NCBI RefSeq assembly: GCF_016026235.1
Contig: NZ_CP065613.1
DNA length: 64,000 bases
Origin: Escherichia coli
GTDB taxonomy: Bacteria > Pseudomonadota > Gammaproteobacteria > Enterobacterales > Enterobacteriaceae
Direction: 5' to 3' (one strand)
Shown here: piece after piece, positions 15,649-25,828 of the stretch
Position numbering within the stretch: position 1 is the stretch's first letter
How the letters are laid out: each line of letters begins with the position of its first letter
Made by a program: the position numbers and the translations under genes
The notes under the pieces: generated by a model
Told to the model about the DNA's origin: nothing
Databases searched by the model: none
The model's input: only the letters and a program-made list of their open reading frames with translations

Positions 15649-16499
15649 CGCTATTTACAACCTTACTGGTGTTAATTTTCGAGCGCCTGTTTAAGTTGGG
15701 CGAGCACTGGCAGCTTGATCATCGTCTTGAAGCGTTCTTTCGGCGGGTGAAACATTTTTCTCTCGGGCGCACGTTAGGCATGACCATTATTGCGATGGGC
15801 GTGACTTTTTTACTGTTACGCGCATTGCAGGGAGTATTGTTCAACGTTCCCACGCTGCTGGTGTGGCTGCTGATTGGTTTGCTGTGTATTGGCGCAGGTA
15901 AAGTTCGTCTTCATTATCATGCTTATCTGACAGCTGCTTCACGTAATGATAGCCATGCCCGTGCCACGATGGCTGGCGAACTCACCATGATTCACGGCGT
16001 CCCGGCAGGCTGCGACGAACGTGAGTATTTGCGTGAGCTGCAAAATGCATTGCTGTGGATTAACTTTCGTTTTTATCTTGCACCGCTGTTCTGGCTGATT
16101 GTGGGGGGAACCTGGGGACCCGTTACGCTGATGGGGTATGCGTTCTTGCGTGCATGGCAATACTGGCTGGCGCGATACCAGACGCCGCATCATCGTTTAC
16201 AGTCCGGCATTGATGCCGTGCTTCATGTACTGGATTGGGTGCCGGTTCGTCTTGCGGGTGTGGTATATGCCTTGATCGGTCATGGTGAGAAAGCGTTACC
16301 GGCCTGGTTTGCTTCGCTGGGTGATTTCCATACTTCGCAGTATCAGGTGTTAACGCGTCTGGCGCAGTTCTCTCTGGCGCGTGAACCGCATGTCGATAAG
16401 GTGGAGACGCCGAAGGCAGCGGTTTCAATGGCGAAGAAAACCTCGTTCGTGGTCGTGGTGGTGATTGCGCTACTGACGATTTACGGGGCGTTGGTGTAG
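15645..16499 (+). CDS. ampE: Regulatory membrane protein AmpE
   Basis: 284 aa membrane ORF starting [16 protein letters not shown], overlapping the ampD stop. Confidence 0.9.
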
Positions 16500-16528
16500 T
16501 GCCCGGCGATATACACCGGGCATTGTAA

Positions 16529-17479
16529 TCAGTAAGTCTCCGCAGGAGGGATGCCAAAGTCAGGCATCCCACTTTCATCCCAGCGAATCAATTTTAAGCG
16601 CGTATGGCGATTAGGATCGTACAGTGGATCGCCTTCTATTTCGGTGTAATTACGTGCGTGGTAGACCAGCACATCCTCACCCTCGGGCGTTTGGGTAAAA
16701 CTGTTATGTCTGGGGCCATACTGGCGATTTTCATAGCTGGTCGAAAAGACCGGACGCGGCGATTTATGCCAGTTCTCAGGCACTCTCGGGTCAGCGTCGA
16801 TGTCTATCCACAATAACCCCATGCAGTAGTTCTCGTCGGTAGCGCTGGCTGAGTAGCTGATGAATAACCGCTCGCCATGCATCACGACAGCCGGACCTTC
16901 ATTGACCCAGAATCCGCGACATTCCCAGTCATACTCCGGTTTGCTCAACATCACCGGCTCGCCTTTGATCGTCCACGGATTTTCCATTTCGGCCAGGTAA
17001 ATATTGGAGTTCCCGGCGATATCCGGTGCTTTTTGCGCCCACAAATACCACTGTTTACCCTGATGGTGAAAAGTGGTGGCATCCAGGGCAAAAGTATCAA
17101 ATGGTGTTTTAACTTGTCCTTTTTCAATCCACGTTCCGCTGAGCGGATCGGCATCACAACATTCAAGGGCAAACATCCGGTGCTGAAACATCCCCAGTTT
17201 GTCGAGCGCCTGAGTATGGGTGGCGGCAAAATAGATATACCACCGACCTGCAATATGATGCAGCTCCGGCGCCCAGATAAGTTCGCTCATGGGGCCGCTT
17301 TGCGGTTTACGCCACACCACGACAGGCGTGGCGCTGCGCAGCCCGACGAGCGAGTCTGCCCGGCGAATTTCCAGCCGGTCGTACTCCGGCACCGAGGCGA
17401 TAAAATAATAGTGGTTGCCATCGCGCAGTATAAAGGGATCGGCGCGTTGCTCGATAAATGGATTCGGCCAGTCTTGCAT
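16529..17479 (-). CDS. GH43-like glycoside hydrolase (predicted beta-xylosidase/arabinofuranosidase-type); accessory relative to K-12
   Basis: 316 aa ORF with ADPF and WAPE motifs typical of the five-bladed propeller GH43 clan; start overlaps the upstream transporter stop. Confidence 0.65.
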   Translation of the reverse strand: MQDWPNPFIEQRADPFILRDGNHYYFIASVPEYDRLEIRRADSLVGLRSATPVVVWRKPQSGPMSELIWAPELHHIAGRWYIYFAATHTQALDKLGMFQHRMFALECCDADPLSGTWIEKGQVKTPFDTFALDATTFHHQGKQWYLWAQKAPDIAGNSNIYLAEMENPWTIKGEPVMLSKPEYDWECRGFWVNEGPAVVMHGERLFISYSASATDENYCMGLLWIDIDADPRVPENWHKSPRPVFSTSYENRQYGPRHNSFTQTPEGEDVLVYHARNYTEIEGDPLYDPNRHTRLKLIRWDESGMPDFGIPPAETY

Positions 17480-18873
17480 TAGGCTTTCCTTACTGTTTCT
17501 ACAGCGTTTATTTCCTGATAGTCATTCAGTTCGCGGTAATTGGTGCGACGTTTTTCCAGATCGGTCTGGATGCGTTTCATCAGTTCGCGGTCTACTTTCA
17601 GTAGGCGGACGACGCCTGCGGTAATCAGATAGCCCACCCCAGGAATGACGGTAAAGAGCAGTACAATACCGTTAATCGCCGTGGCGCTTTGGGCTTTCGC
17701 ACCGGCATCGTAGCCGTACCATGAGAGCAGAAAGCCCACCATCGCCCCGGCAATGGCCAGGCCCAGTTTGAGGAAGAAAAGGTTACCGGAGAAGCTGATG
17801 CCGGTGATGCGTTTACCGGTTTTCCATTCGCCGTAGTCGTCGACGTCTGCCATCAGCGACCAGTGCAGCGGGGAGGGGATCTGGTGCAGAATGTTGAGCA
17901 CCACAATCATCACCGTGGCGTGCGGATTAAAGAAATAAAAGGCGCAGGAGAAAATTGCCAGCGCGATGTTGGTCCAGAAAAAGACTTTCAGTTTGCACCA
18001 GCGGTCGGTTAACACTTTCGCCAACATACTGCCGATCATCATTCCGACAACGCCGAGGCTAATAAAGAGGGTTGCAAACTGAGTACTCTCACCCATTACC
18101 CAGGTGACATAGTACATGGTTGCCGCCATGCGGATAAATCCAGGGCAGACGTTGCACAAGGTGAGCAGCAGAATGCGCACCCACTGATCGTTTTTCCAGA
18201 CATCTTTAAAATCGTTCTTCATGTCGTCATGGGTTTGTACCGCCGGGCGAATGCGCTCACGAACCGTGGCGAAACAGAACAAAAACATACACATACCGAT
18301 GATTGCCAGCACGGTCATAGCCAGCTGATACCCTTTCGCTTTGTCGCCGCCGCCAAATAGATCCACCATCGGCAATAGCGTCAGCGAGAGCAGAAGGGTA
18401 GCGATGCCCACCATCACAAAACGGTACGACTGGCAGGCCACGCGCTCTTGTGGGTCATTAGTAATCACGCCACCTAACGAGCAGTAAGGAATGTTAATGG
18501 CGGTATAGGTCAGGGAGAGCAGGAAATAGGTAACAAAGGCATAGATAACCTTGCTGCTATAGCTCCATTCTGGCGTGGTAAACATCAGGATGCTGAATAG
18601 CGCGTAGGGGAAGGCAATCCACAATAGCCAGGGACGAAAACGACCATATTTGCTTTGGGTGCGGTCGGCAATGGCCCCCATAATAGGGTCAGTGACGGCA
18701 TCGATAACCCGTACAGAGAGCAGTAATACGCCAACGAGTGCCGGGGCCAGACCAAAAATATCCGTATAAAAATAGTTAACAAACAGCATGATAGCGCCAA
18801 AGATGATGTTGCATCCTGCGTCGCCCATCCCGTAGCCGATCTTTTCTCTTACTGATAATTTACTGCTATTCAT
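17479..18873 (-). CDS. Glycoside-pentoside-hexuronide (GPH) family sugar:cation symporter
   Basis: 464 aa polytopic membrane ORF with MelB/GPH-like N-terminus GYGMGDAGCNIIFGAIMLFVNYFYTD. Confidence 0.75.
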   Translation of the reverse strand: MNSSKLSVREKIGYGMGDAGCNIIFGAIMLFVNYFYTDIFGLAPALVGVLLLSVRVIDAVTDPIMGAIADRTQSKYGRFRPWLLWIAFPYALFSILMFTTPEWSYSSKVIYAFVTYFLLSLTYTAINIPYCSLGGVITNDPQERVACQSYRFVMVGIATLLLSLTLLPMVDLFGGGDKAKGYQLAMTVLAIIGMCMFLFCFATVRERIRPAVQTHDDMKNDFKDVWKNDQWVRILLLTLCNVCPGFIRMAATMYYVTWVMGESTQFATLFISLGVVGMMIGSMLAKVLTDRWCKLKVFFWTNIALAIFSCAFYFFNPHATVMIVVLNILHQIPSPLHWSLMADVDDYGEWKTGKRITGISFSGNLFFLKLGLAIAGAMVGFLLSWYGYDAGAKAQSATAINGIVLLFTVIPGVGYLITAGVVRLLKVDRELMKRIQTDLEKRRTNYRELNDYQEINAVETVRKA

Positions 18874-19031
18874 AGAGAAGACTCCCCATCAAGTGATGAG
18901 GATAATTATTCGCTCGCTATGGATAAATTGCGTTGCAGGATAACGCCGCTGATATGGATAAAATCGCTTTGCACGGAAAAGTGTGAGGCAGGTAACAACC
19001 CTCACCCTGTACGGGTGAGGGCGTAGAGAGA

Positions 19032-20405
19032 TTAATGCGCTTTTACGGCTTTGGCGGTTTTCTCTTTAAACAGATAGCCGATACCTAACACGATCAGCCA
19101 TACCGGGATCAGGTATACCGAAATCGCCATTCCTGGGGTCATCAGCATAATCACCAGTACCGCCGCCATAAACAGCAGGCAGATCCAGTTACCCAGCGGA
19201 TAAAGCAGAGCAGGGAAGCGAGTTACCACGCCTTGTTCCTGCTTGGCGCGACGGAATTTCATATGCGCCAGGCTAATCATCGCCCAGTTGATCACCAGTG
19301 CAGATACCACCAGTGCCATTAACAGGCCAAATGCGGATTCCGGAGCAAGATAGTTAATCAATACGCACAATGCTGTAACCAGCGCAGACACCAGAATGGT
19401 GTTAACCGGTACGCCGCGTTTATCGACAGACGCCAGCGCTTTTGGCGCATTACCCTGTTGTGCCAGACCAAACAGCATACGGCTGTTGCAATATACGCAG
19501 CTGTTGTACACGGAGAGCGCCGCAGTCAGTACCACGATGTTCAGCGCATTCGCCACAAAGGTATCGCCTAACTCGTGGAAGATCAGCACAAACGGACTGG
19601 TATCGGCGGTAACGCGGGTCCACGGCATCAGTGAGAGCAGAACGGCTAACGAACCAATATAGAAAATCAGGATGCGGTAGATAACCTGGTTAGTTGCTTT
19701 CGGGATACTTTGCTCCGGGTTATCAGCTTCTGCTGCGGTGATCCCCACCAGTTCCAGACCACCGAACGAGAACATGATAATCGCCATCATCATCACCAGC
19801 CCGGTGAAGCCGTGCGGCAGGAAACCACCCTGATCCCACAGGTTGCTAACGCTTGCCTGCGGACCGCCGTTACCACTGAACAGCAGCCAGCCGCCGAAGA
19901 TGATCATCGCTACTACCGCAATAACTTTGATAATGGCAAACCAGAACTCCATCTCACCAAACACTTTTACGTTGGTCAGGTTGATGGCGTTAATCACCAC
20001 AAAGAACACGGCGGCAGAAACCCAGGTTGGGATTTCCGGATACCAGAACTGAATGTATTTACCCACGGCAGTCAGCTCTGCCATGGCAACTAAAACGTAC
20101 AGTACCCAGTAGTTCCAGCCAGAGGCGAAACCGGCAAAACTGCCCCAGTATTTATAAGCAAAGTGGCTAAAGGAGCCTGCGACAGGTTCTTCGACCACCA
20201 TTTCACCCAGCTGACGCATGATCAGAAAGGCGATAAAACCAGCAATGGCGTATCCCAGGATAATCCCTGGCCCTGCGGACTGTATTACGGAGGCGCTACC
20301 CAGGAATAGCCCTGTCCCTATCGCGCCACCCAGCGCGATAAGCTGAATATGGCGGTTTTTAAGGCCGCGCTTTAGCTGCTCGCCGTGCTGTTGACCTTCC
20401 ATCAT
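19032..20405 (-). CDS. aroP: Aromatic amino acid permease AroP
   Basis: 457 aa APC-family permease MMEGQQHGEQLKRGLKNRHIQLIALGGAIGTGLF. Confidence 0.95.
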   Translation of the reverse strand: MMEGQQHGEQLKRGLKNRHIQLIALGGAIGTGLFLGSASVIQSAGPGIILGYAIAGFIAFLIMRQLGEMVVEEPVAGSFSHFAYKYWGSFAGFASGWNYWVLYVLVAMAELTAVGKYIQFWYPEIPTWVSAAVFFVVINAINLTNVKVFGEMEFWFAIIKVIAVVAMIIFGGWLLFSGNGGPQASVSNLWDQGGFLPHGFTGLVMMMAIIMFSFGGLELVGITAAEADNPEQSIPKATNQVIYRILIFYIGSLAVLLSLMPWTRVTADTSPFVLIFHELGDTFVANALNIVVLTAALSVYNSCVYCNSRMLFGLAQQGNAPKALASVDKRGVPVNTILVSALVTALCVLINYLAPESAFGLLMALVVSALVINWAMISLAHMKFRRAKQEQGVVTRFPALLYPLGNWICLLFMAAVLVIMLMTPGMAISVYLIPVWLIVLGIGYLFKEKTAKAVKAH

Positions 20406-20982
20406 GAAACCTCGTGCGGTGATTGTTTTTTTGATCTACGCAGTGATGCGTGTGTAAGTTTGCAATTCCGTTTGTTGTATTGATTTCTTTACGTTTCATG
20501 TAACTGAATTATGATAATGCTACTTTTAACTATCACAAGATAATGGTATGTGCCCGGGAATGCACCTGCTTTATGTAGATGCGTTGATTTTTTGGATAAA
20601 AAAAAACCAATTGTAAGTTTTTTTCACATTTTATAGATACTTTAAGTAGGATAACATGCTGTTTTAACTAGCTATACTTGTCATTCTTCAAGTTACATGT
20701 GCTGCAACTCGAATTATTTAGAGTATATAAACCGGATTTATTTGCCTGCTGAACAACATGCCTTAGGTACCAGCACGATAATCTTACGAAATGCCATATA
20801 AAAATAAATAGATGTTAATAATGCAGTGGGCTTGTAACGTAAGTATTTAAATATAATATTGCGAGATGAGTGAAAACGTTAAGTAATAGAAATAATTTTT
20901 CATTAAAAGCGTTTATAATTGATCGAGAAATAAGTTTTCTATTTAATGGAAATAAGTTAAGGATAAACGGGAATAAAATAAA

Positions 20983-22764
20983 GTGAGCGATATTGTTTAC
21001 CTGAGAATAATCGGTGAGAAGCAGGGCGATATTTCTTCAGGCTGTGGGACGTATGCGTCGGTTGGTAATCGCTGGCAGGTTGGCCATGAAGATGAAATTT
21101 TTGCCTTTGCACTCACCAACGCCATTACCAGTACTGGTAATGGCGTTAATCTACAGGGGCTACAATTTTGCAAACTCATTGATAAAAGCTCACCGCTACT
21201 GTCTAATGCCATCAATCAGAATGAGCGGTTATTTATTGAAATCGATTTGTATCGTATAAATAAAAGCGGGCGCTGGGAACGGTATTATTATATTCAGCTA
21301 AGAAATGCTTCATTAACTGCTATTCATGTAAACATTTCTGACAATAATCTTCCTACCGAATGTGTAACTGTCGATTATCACTACATATTATGTAAACATC
21401 TAATAGCCAATACGGAATTTGACTGGTTGGCCTTTCCTGCTGGCTATAATAGCTTATTTATTCCGCCTAAAAGCCCACCTGCCAGTAATCTTAAGCCTGA
21501 ACCTCTACCAGTTGTTAACCTTCCACTCTCTTCACCAGCGGTTAACCCGGTCTATGCCAAATCCTGTCTGAAGGAGAAGGGATGTACAGATGCTGGAACG
21601 GCAGAAGAACCCGCTGAAAACTTCGGTCAAGTAGCGATTTTTGCTCAGCCAGTGGTTGATGACTGCTGTGGATACCACCATCCCGAGGCTAACGATGTCG
21701 GGCAACCCGCAGAAGCTCAAACCATGCTACTGTTTCCGGGTAGTGTGTTGGCGGCTCAAATATGGGGAAAATGGTCGCTCAGTGGCATACTCAGTGCAAC
21801 CCGCGGCTCTTACATCGGTGCGTTGGCATCTGCTTTGTATATTCCCTCTGCGGGCGAGGGCAGTGCTCGCGTGCTCGGACGTGATGAGTTCTGGTATGAG
21901 GAAGAACTGCGGCAGAAAGCACTAGCAGGCAGTACCGCCACCACCCGGGTACGTTTTTTCTGGGGAACTGATATTCACGGCAAGCCTCAGGTGTATGGTG
22001 TTCATACGGGTGAAGGTACGCCGTATGAAAACGTCCGCGTGGCGAACATGCAGTGGAACGAGCAGACGCAGCGTTATGAATTTACCCCCGCTCACGATGT
22101 CGATGGCCCCCTGATTACCTGGACGCCGGAAAATCCGGAACATGGGAATGTTCCGGGCCATACCGGTAACGACAGGCCGCCGCTGGATCAGCCCACCATT
22201 CTGGTGACGCCGATTCCGGACGGTACAGATACCTATACCACGCCGCCATTCCCGGTTCCTGATCCGAAAGAATTCAACGATTATATTCTGGTTTTTCCGG
22301 CGGGATCCGGTATTAAGCCCATCTATGTTTACCTGAAGGAGGATCCGCGAAAGCTGCCTGGTGTTGTAACAGGGCGCGGCGTCCCGCTTTCATCAGGAAC
22401 TCGCTGGCTGGATATGTCGGTATCCAATAACGGCAACGGCGCGCCAATCCCGGCGCATATTGCTGATAAATTGCGCGGACGGGAGTTTAAAACCTTTGAT
22501 GAGTTTCGCGAGGCGCTGTGGCTGGAGGTGAGTCAGGATCCGGAGTTGATAGCGCAGTTTTCAAGTGGTAACCAAACACGTATAAAACAAGGATTAACCG
22601 CAAAAGCACCTATTGACGGTTGGCATTATGGCCCTAAAGAAATAGTTAAAAAATTCCAGATACATCATCGTGTTGCAATTGAATATGGCGGCAGCGTATA
22701 CGATATTGATAATTTACGAATTGTTACCCCCAGACTACACGATGAGATTCACTACAGGAGATAA
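20983..22764 (+). CDS. Hcp (T6SS tube protein) fused to a C-terminal colicin E9-type HNH DNase domain (Hcp-ET class effector)
   Basis: N-terminal ~165 aa Hcp-like (LRIIGEKQGDISSG, GHEDE, SPLLSNAI, QLRNASLTAIHV); Pro-rich linker; C-terminal ~130 aa alignable with colicin E9 DNase (GAPIPAHIADKLRGREFKTFDEFREALWLEVSQDPEL ... HHRVAIEYGGSVYDIDNLRIVTPRLHDEIH); GTG start in an AT-rich leader. Confidence 0.85.
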   Translation: MSDIVYLRIIGEKQGDISSGCGTYASVGNRWQVGHEDEIFAFALTNAITSTGNGVNLQGLQFCKLIDKSSPLLSNAINQNERLFIEIDLYRINKSGRWERYYYIQLRNASLTAIHVNISDNNLPTECVTVDYHYILCKHLIANTEFDWLAFPAGYNSLFIPPKSPPASNLKPEPLPVVNLPLSSPAVNPVYAKSCLKEKGCTDAGTAEEPAENFGQVAIFAQPVVDDCCGYHHPEANDVGQPAEAQTMLLFPGSVLAAQIWGKWSLSGILSATRGSYIGALASALYIPSAGEGSARVLGRDEFWYEEELRQKALAGSTATTRVRFFWGTDIHGKPQVYGVHTGEGTPYENVRVANMQWNEQTQRYEFTPAHDVDGPLITWTPENPEHGNVPGHTGNDRPPLDQPTILVTPIPDGTDTYTTPPFPVPDPKEFNDYILVFPAGSGIKPIYVYLKEDPRKLPGVVTGRGVPLSSGTRWLDMSVSNNGNGAPIPAHIADKLRGREFKTFDEFREALWLEVSQDPELIAQFSSGNQTRIKQGLTAKAPIDGWHYGPKEIVKKFQIHHRVAIEYGGSVYDIDNLRIVTPRLHDEIHYRR

Positions 22765-22766
22765 AT

Positions 22767-23051
22767 ATGTTTAAAGAAAAGCTCCAGGATTATACCGAGG
22801 ATGAATTTCTTAATTTTTTAGGCGGATTGAGATCATCTATGAAAGATGGAAAATCCTTAAAAGGTAAGGAGCTAGAAATGTACTGGGATTCATTAGTAGA
22901 TCATTTTATTGAAATTACACAGCATCCGTCAGGGAGCGATCTAATTTTCTACCCTAAAAGTCAAGGAGATGATAAGCCTGAAAACATCCTGAAAATTGTC
23001 AAAGAATGGCGGCGTTCACAGGGGTTACCCTTGTTTAAAGACTCTAAATAA
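22767..23051 (+). CDS. Colicin-DNase immunity protein (Im9-like), cognate to the Hcp-DNase
   Basis: 94 aa; DYTEDEFLNFL ... ITQHPSGSDLIFYP ... resembles Im9 (DYTEAEFL ... TEHPSGSDLIYYP); starts 3 nt after the toxin stop. Confidence 0.85.
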   Translation: MFKEKLQDYTEDEFLNFLGGLRSSMKDGKSLKGKELEMYWDSLVDHFIEITQHPSGSDLIFYPKSQGDDKPENILKIVKEWRRSQGLPLFKDSK

Positions 23052-23204
23052 AGTAGATAATAAAACTATATATGGAACATCATCGCATCTGGCTAATGCG
23101 ATGATATTAATGACATAAAATAATAATGTGATTGCTCTTAAAAAACAGGTAAAAATACTGAAGCCTCATTAGGTTATTTTATCATTTTCCCGCTTTTACC
23201 GATA

Positions 23205-23458
23205 CCCTTTGGCTGGAGGTGAGTCAGTATCCGGAGTTGATAGCGCAGTTTTCAAGCGGTAATCAAACACGTATAAAACAAGGATTAATCGCAAAAGCAC
23301 CACTTGAAGGTTGGCATTATGGCACTAAAGAAATCGTTAAAAAATTCCACATGGATCATCGTGTTGCGATTGAATATAGTGGCGGAATTTACGATATTGA
23401 TAATTTAAGGAGGGCACACCTCATTTGCATGATGAAATTTATTACAGGAGATAGTTAA
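23205..23458 (+). pseudogene. Orphan HNH-DNase C-terminal fragment, no Hcp or linker, frameshifted at the 3' end
   Basis: Homology to the primary toxin begins abruptly at WLEVSQYPELIAQFSSGNQTRIKQGL...; the final HDEIYYRR motif is out of frame. Confidence 0.7.
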
Positions 23459-23749
23459 ATGTATAATTTTAAAGATAAAATAGAAGATTACACAGAGCGG
23501 GAATTCATTGAGTTGCTTGGCGAGTTTACAAATCCAACCGGGGATAACGCTCAATTAAAAGGGGAAGAGCTTGACAAATATTGGGATGATCTAGAAGAAC
23601 ATCTTACCAGAATTACACAACATCCGTTGATGAGCGATCTTATCTACTATCCTGCAAAGAAGGGAGATGATGAACCTGAAAACATCCTGAAAATTGTCAA
23701 AGAATGGCGGCGTTCACAGGGGCTACCCTTGTTTAAAGACTCTAAATAA
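23459..23749 (+). CDS. Orphan Im9-like immunity protein (variant 2)
   Basis: 96 aa; divergent N-terminal half, C-terminal PENILKIVKEWRRSQGLPLFKDSK identical to immunity 1. Confidence 0.8.
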   Translation: MYNFKDKIEDYTEREFIELLGEFTNPTGDNAQLKGEELDKYWDDLEEHLTRITQHPLMSDLIYYPAKKGDDEPENILKIVKEWRRSQGLPLFKDSK

Positions 23750-23901
23750 AGTAGATAATAAAACTATATATGGAACATCATCGCGTCTGGCTAATGCGAT
23801 GATGTTAATAACATAAAATAATAATGTGGGTGCTCTTAATAAACAGGTAAAATACTGAAATCTCATTAGGTTATTTTATCAATTTCCCGCTTTCACCGAT
23901 A

Positions 23902-24152
23902 CCCTTTGGCTGGAGGTGAGTCAGTATCCGGAGTTGATAGCGCAGTTTTCAACTGGTAACCAAACACGTATAAAACAAGGATTAATCGCAAAAGCGCCTC
24001 TTGAAGGTTGGCATTATGGATCTAAGGAAATTGTTGAAGAATTCCATATATATCATAGTGTTGCGATTGAATGTGGTGGCGAAATTTATTATATTGATAA
24101 TTAAAGGATTGTTACGTCTCGACTACATGATGAAATTCACTACAGGAGATAA
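23902..24152 (+). pseudogene. Orphan HNH-DNase C-terminal fragment with premature stop (TTA to TAA) before the terminal catalytic His motif
   Basis: WLEVSQYPELIAQFSTGNQTRIKQGLIAKAPLEGWHYGSKEIVEEFHIYHSVAIECGGEIYYIDN-stop, then in-frame RIVTSRLHDEIHYRR. Confidence 0.7.
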
Positions 24153-24448
24153 TGTATATGCATGATTTAAAATATAAAATATATTTTTACACAGAAGGTG
24201 AATTTCTTGAAATGCTTGAGGAGATAGTAAATGCAACTAGCAAAGATAAATCCCTAAAAGGGAAAAAATTAGAAAAATATCTCGATACCTTAGTGGATCA
24301 TTTCATTAAAATTACTGAACATCCTAAAAAGGGAGATCCCATTTTCTATCCTAATTCCCCAGAAGATGGTAAACCTGAAAACATCCTGAAAATCGTCAAA
24401 GAATGGCGGCGTTCGCAAGGATTGCCTTTGTTCAAAGATTCAGAATGA
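24152..24448 (+). CDS. Orphan Im9-like immunity protein (variant 3)
   Basis: 98 aa; conserved C-terminal PENILKIVKEWRRSQGLPLFKDSE, divergent N-terminal half. Confidence 0.8.
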   Translation: MYMHDLKYKIYFYTEGEFLEMLEEIVNATSKDKSLKGKKLEKYLDTLVDHFIKITEHPKKGDPIFYPNSPEDGKPENILKIVKEWRRSQGLPLFKDSE

Positions 24449-24855
24449 ACTCTAAACAGAATCTGTCACCTGAAAATCATCACGTTCTGGTTAAGTGATG
24501 ATTTTCGCTACGAGAAGGTTACGGTGGCGATTGTAGTGATAATAAGCAATGTAAAAAGAAAACATAGGTAAATACTACCTTTCTCTCCTTCCCTGAACAT
24601 TCATTTTACATATTAATTCACATAATTGAATTGTTATGCGTTTTGTTGCTTGGTGAATCGGTTCAGAGGAAATATTTTTTCGTTTCAATTCTGTTAATCT
24701 CACCCCTTGATGGGTAAATTTAACATTTGTGCATAGTTACAACTTTGAAACGTTATATATGTCAAGTTGTTAAAATGTGCACAGTTTCATGATTTCAATC
24801 AAAACCTGTATGGACATAAGGTGAATACTTTGTTACTTTAGCGTCACAGACATGA

Positions 24856-24872
24856 AATTGGTAAGACCAATT
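24856..24872. promoter_or_regulatory. PdhR operator palindrome AATTGGTAAGACCAATT
   Basis: Perfect inverted repeat matching the PdhR box, ~30 bp upstream of the pdhR start. Confidence 0.8.
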
Positions 24873-24903
24873 GACTTCGGCAAGTGGCTTAAGACAGGAA
24901 CTC

Positions 24904-25668
24904 ATGGCCTACAGCAAAATCCGCCAACCAAAACTCTCCGATGTGATTGAGCAGCAACTGGAGTTTTTGATCCTCGAAGGCACTCTCCGCCCGGGCGAAA
25001 AACTCCCACCGGAACGCGAACTGGCAAAACAGTTTGACGTCTCCCGTCCCTCCTTGCGTGAGGCGATTCAACGTCTCGAAGCGAAGGGCTTGTTGCTTCG
25101 TCGCCAGGGTGGCGGCACTTTTGTCCAGAGCAGCCTATGGCAAAGCTTCAGCGATCCGCTGGTGGAGCTGCTCTCCGACCATCCTGAGTCACAGTATGAC
25201 TTGCTCGAAACACGACACGCCCTGGAAGGTATCGCCGCTTATTACGCCGCGCTGCGTAGTACCGATGAAGACAAGGAACGCATCCGTGAACTCCATCACG
25301 CCATAGAACTGGCGCAGCAGTCTGGCGATCTGGACGCGGAATCAAACGCCGTACTCCAGTATCAGATTGCTGTCACTGAAGCGGCCCACAATGTGGTTCT
25401 GCTTCATCTGCTAAGGTGTATGGAGCCGATGTTGGCCCAGAATGTCCGCCAGAACTTCGAATTGCTCTATTCGCGTCGCGAGATGCTGCCGCTGGTGAGT
25501 AGTCACCGCACCCGCATATTTGAAGCGATTATGGCCGGTAAGCCGGAAGAAGCGCGCGAAGCATCGCATCGCCATCTGGCCTTTATCGAAGAAATTTTGC
25601 TCGACAGAAGTCGTGAAGAGAGCCGCCGTGAGCGTTCTCTGCGTCGTCTGGAGCAACGAAAGAATTAG
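24904..25668 (+). CDS. pdhR: Pyruvate dehydrogenase complex repressor PdhR (GntR family)
   Basis: 254 aa from [26 protein letters not shown]...; the ORF track adds 11 upstream codons. Confidence 0.95.
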
Positions 25669-25828
25669 TGATTTTTCTGGTAAAAATTATCCAGAAGATG
25701 TTGTAAATCAAGCGCATATAAAAGCGCGGCAACTAAACGTAGAACCTGTCTTATTGAGCTTTCCGGCGAGAGTTCAATGGGACAGGTTCCAGAAAACTCA
25801 ACGTTATTAGATAGATAAGGAATAACCC

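Noticed and set aside
20983-24448. Calling the Hcp-DNase island a complete T6SS or a bacteriocin (colicin) operon
   Set aside because: There are no T6SS structural genes and no colicin-type receptor-binding, translocation or lysis genes; the N-terminal domain is Hcp-like, so the best reading is an orphan effector that depends on a T6SS elsewhere.
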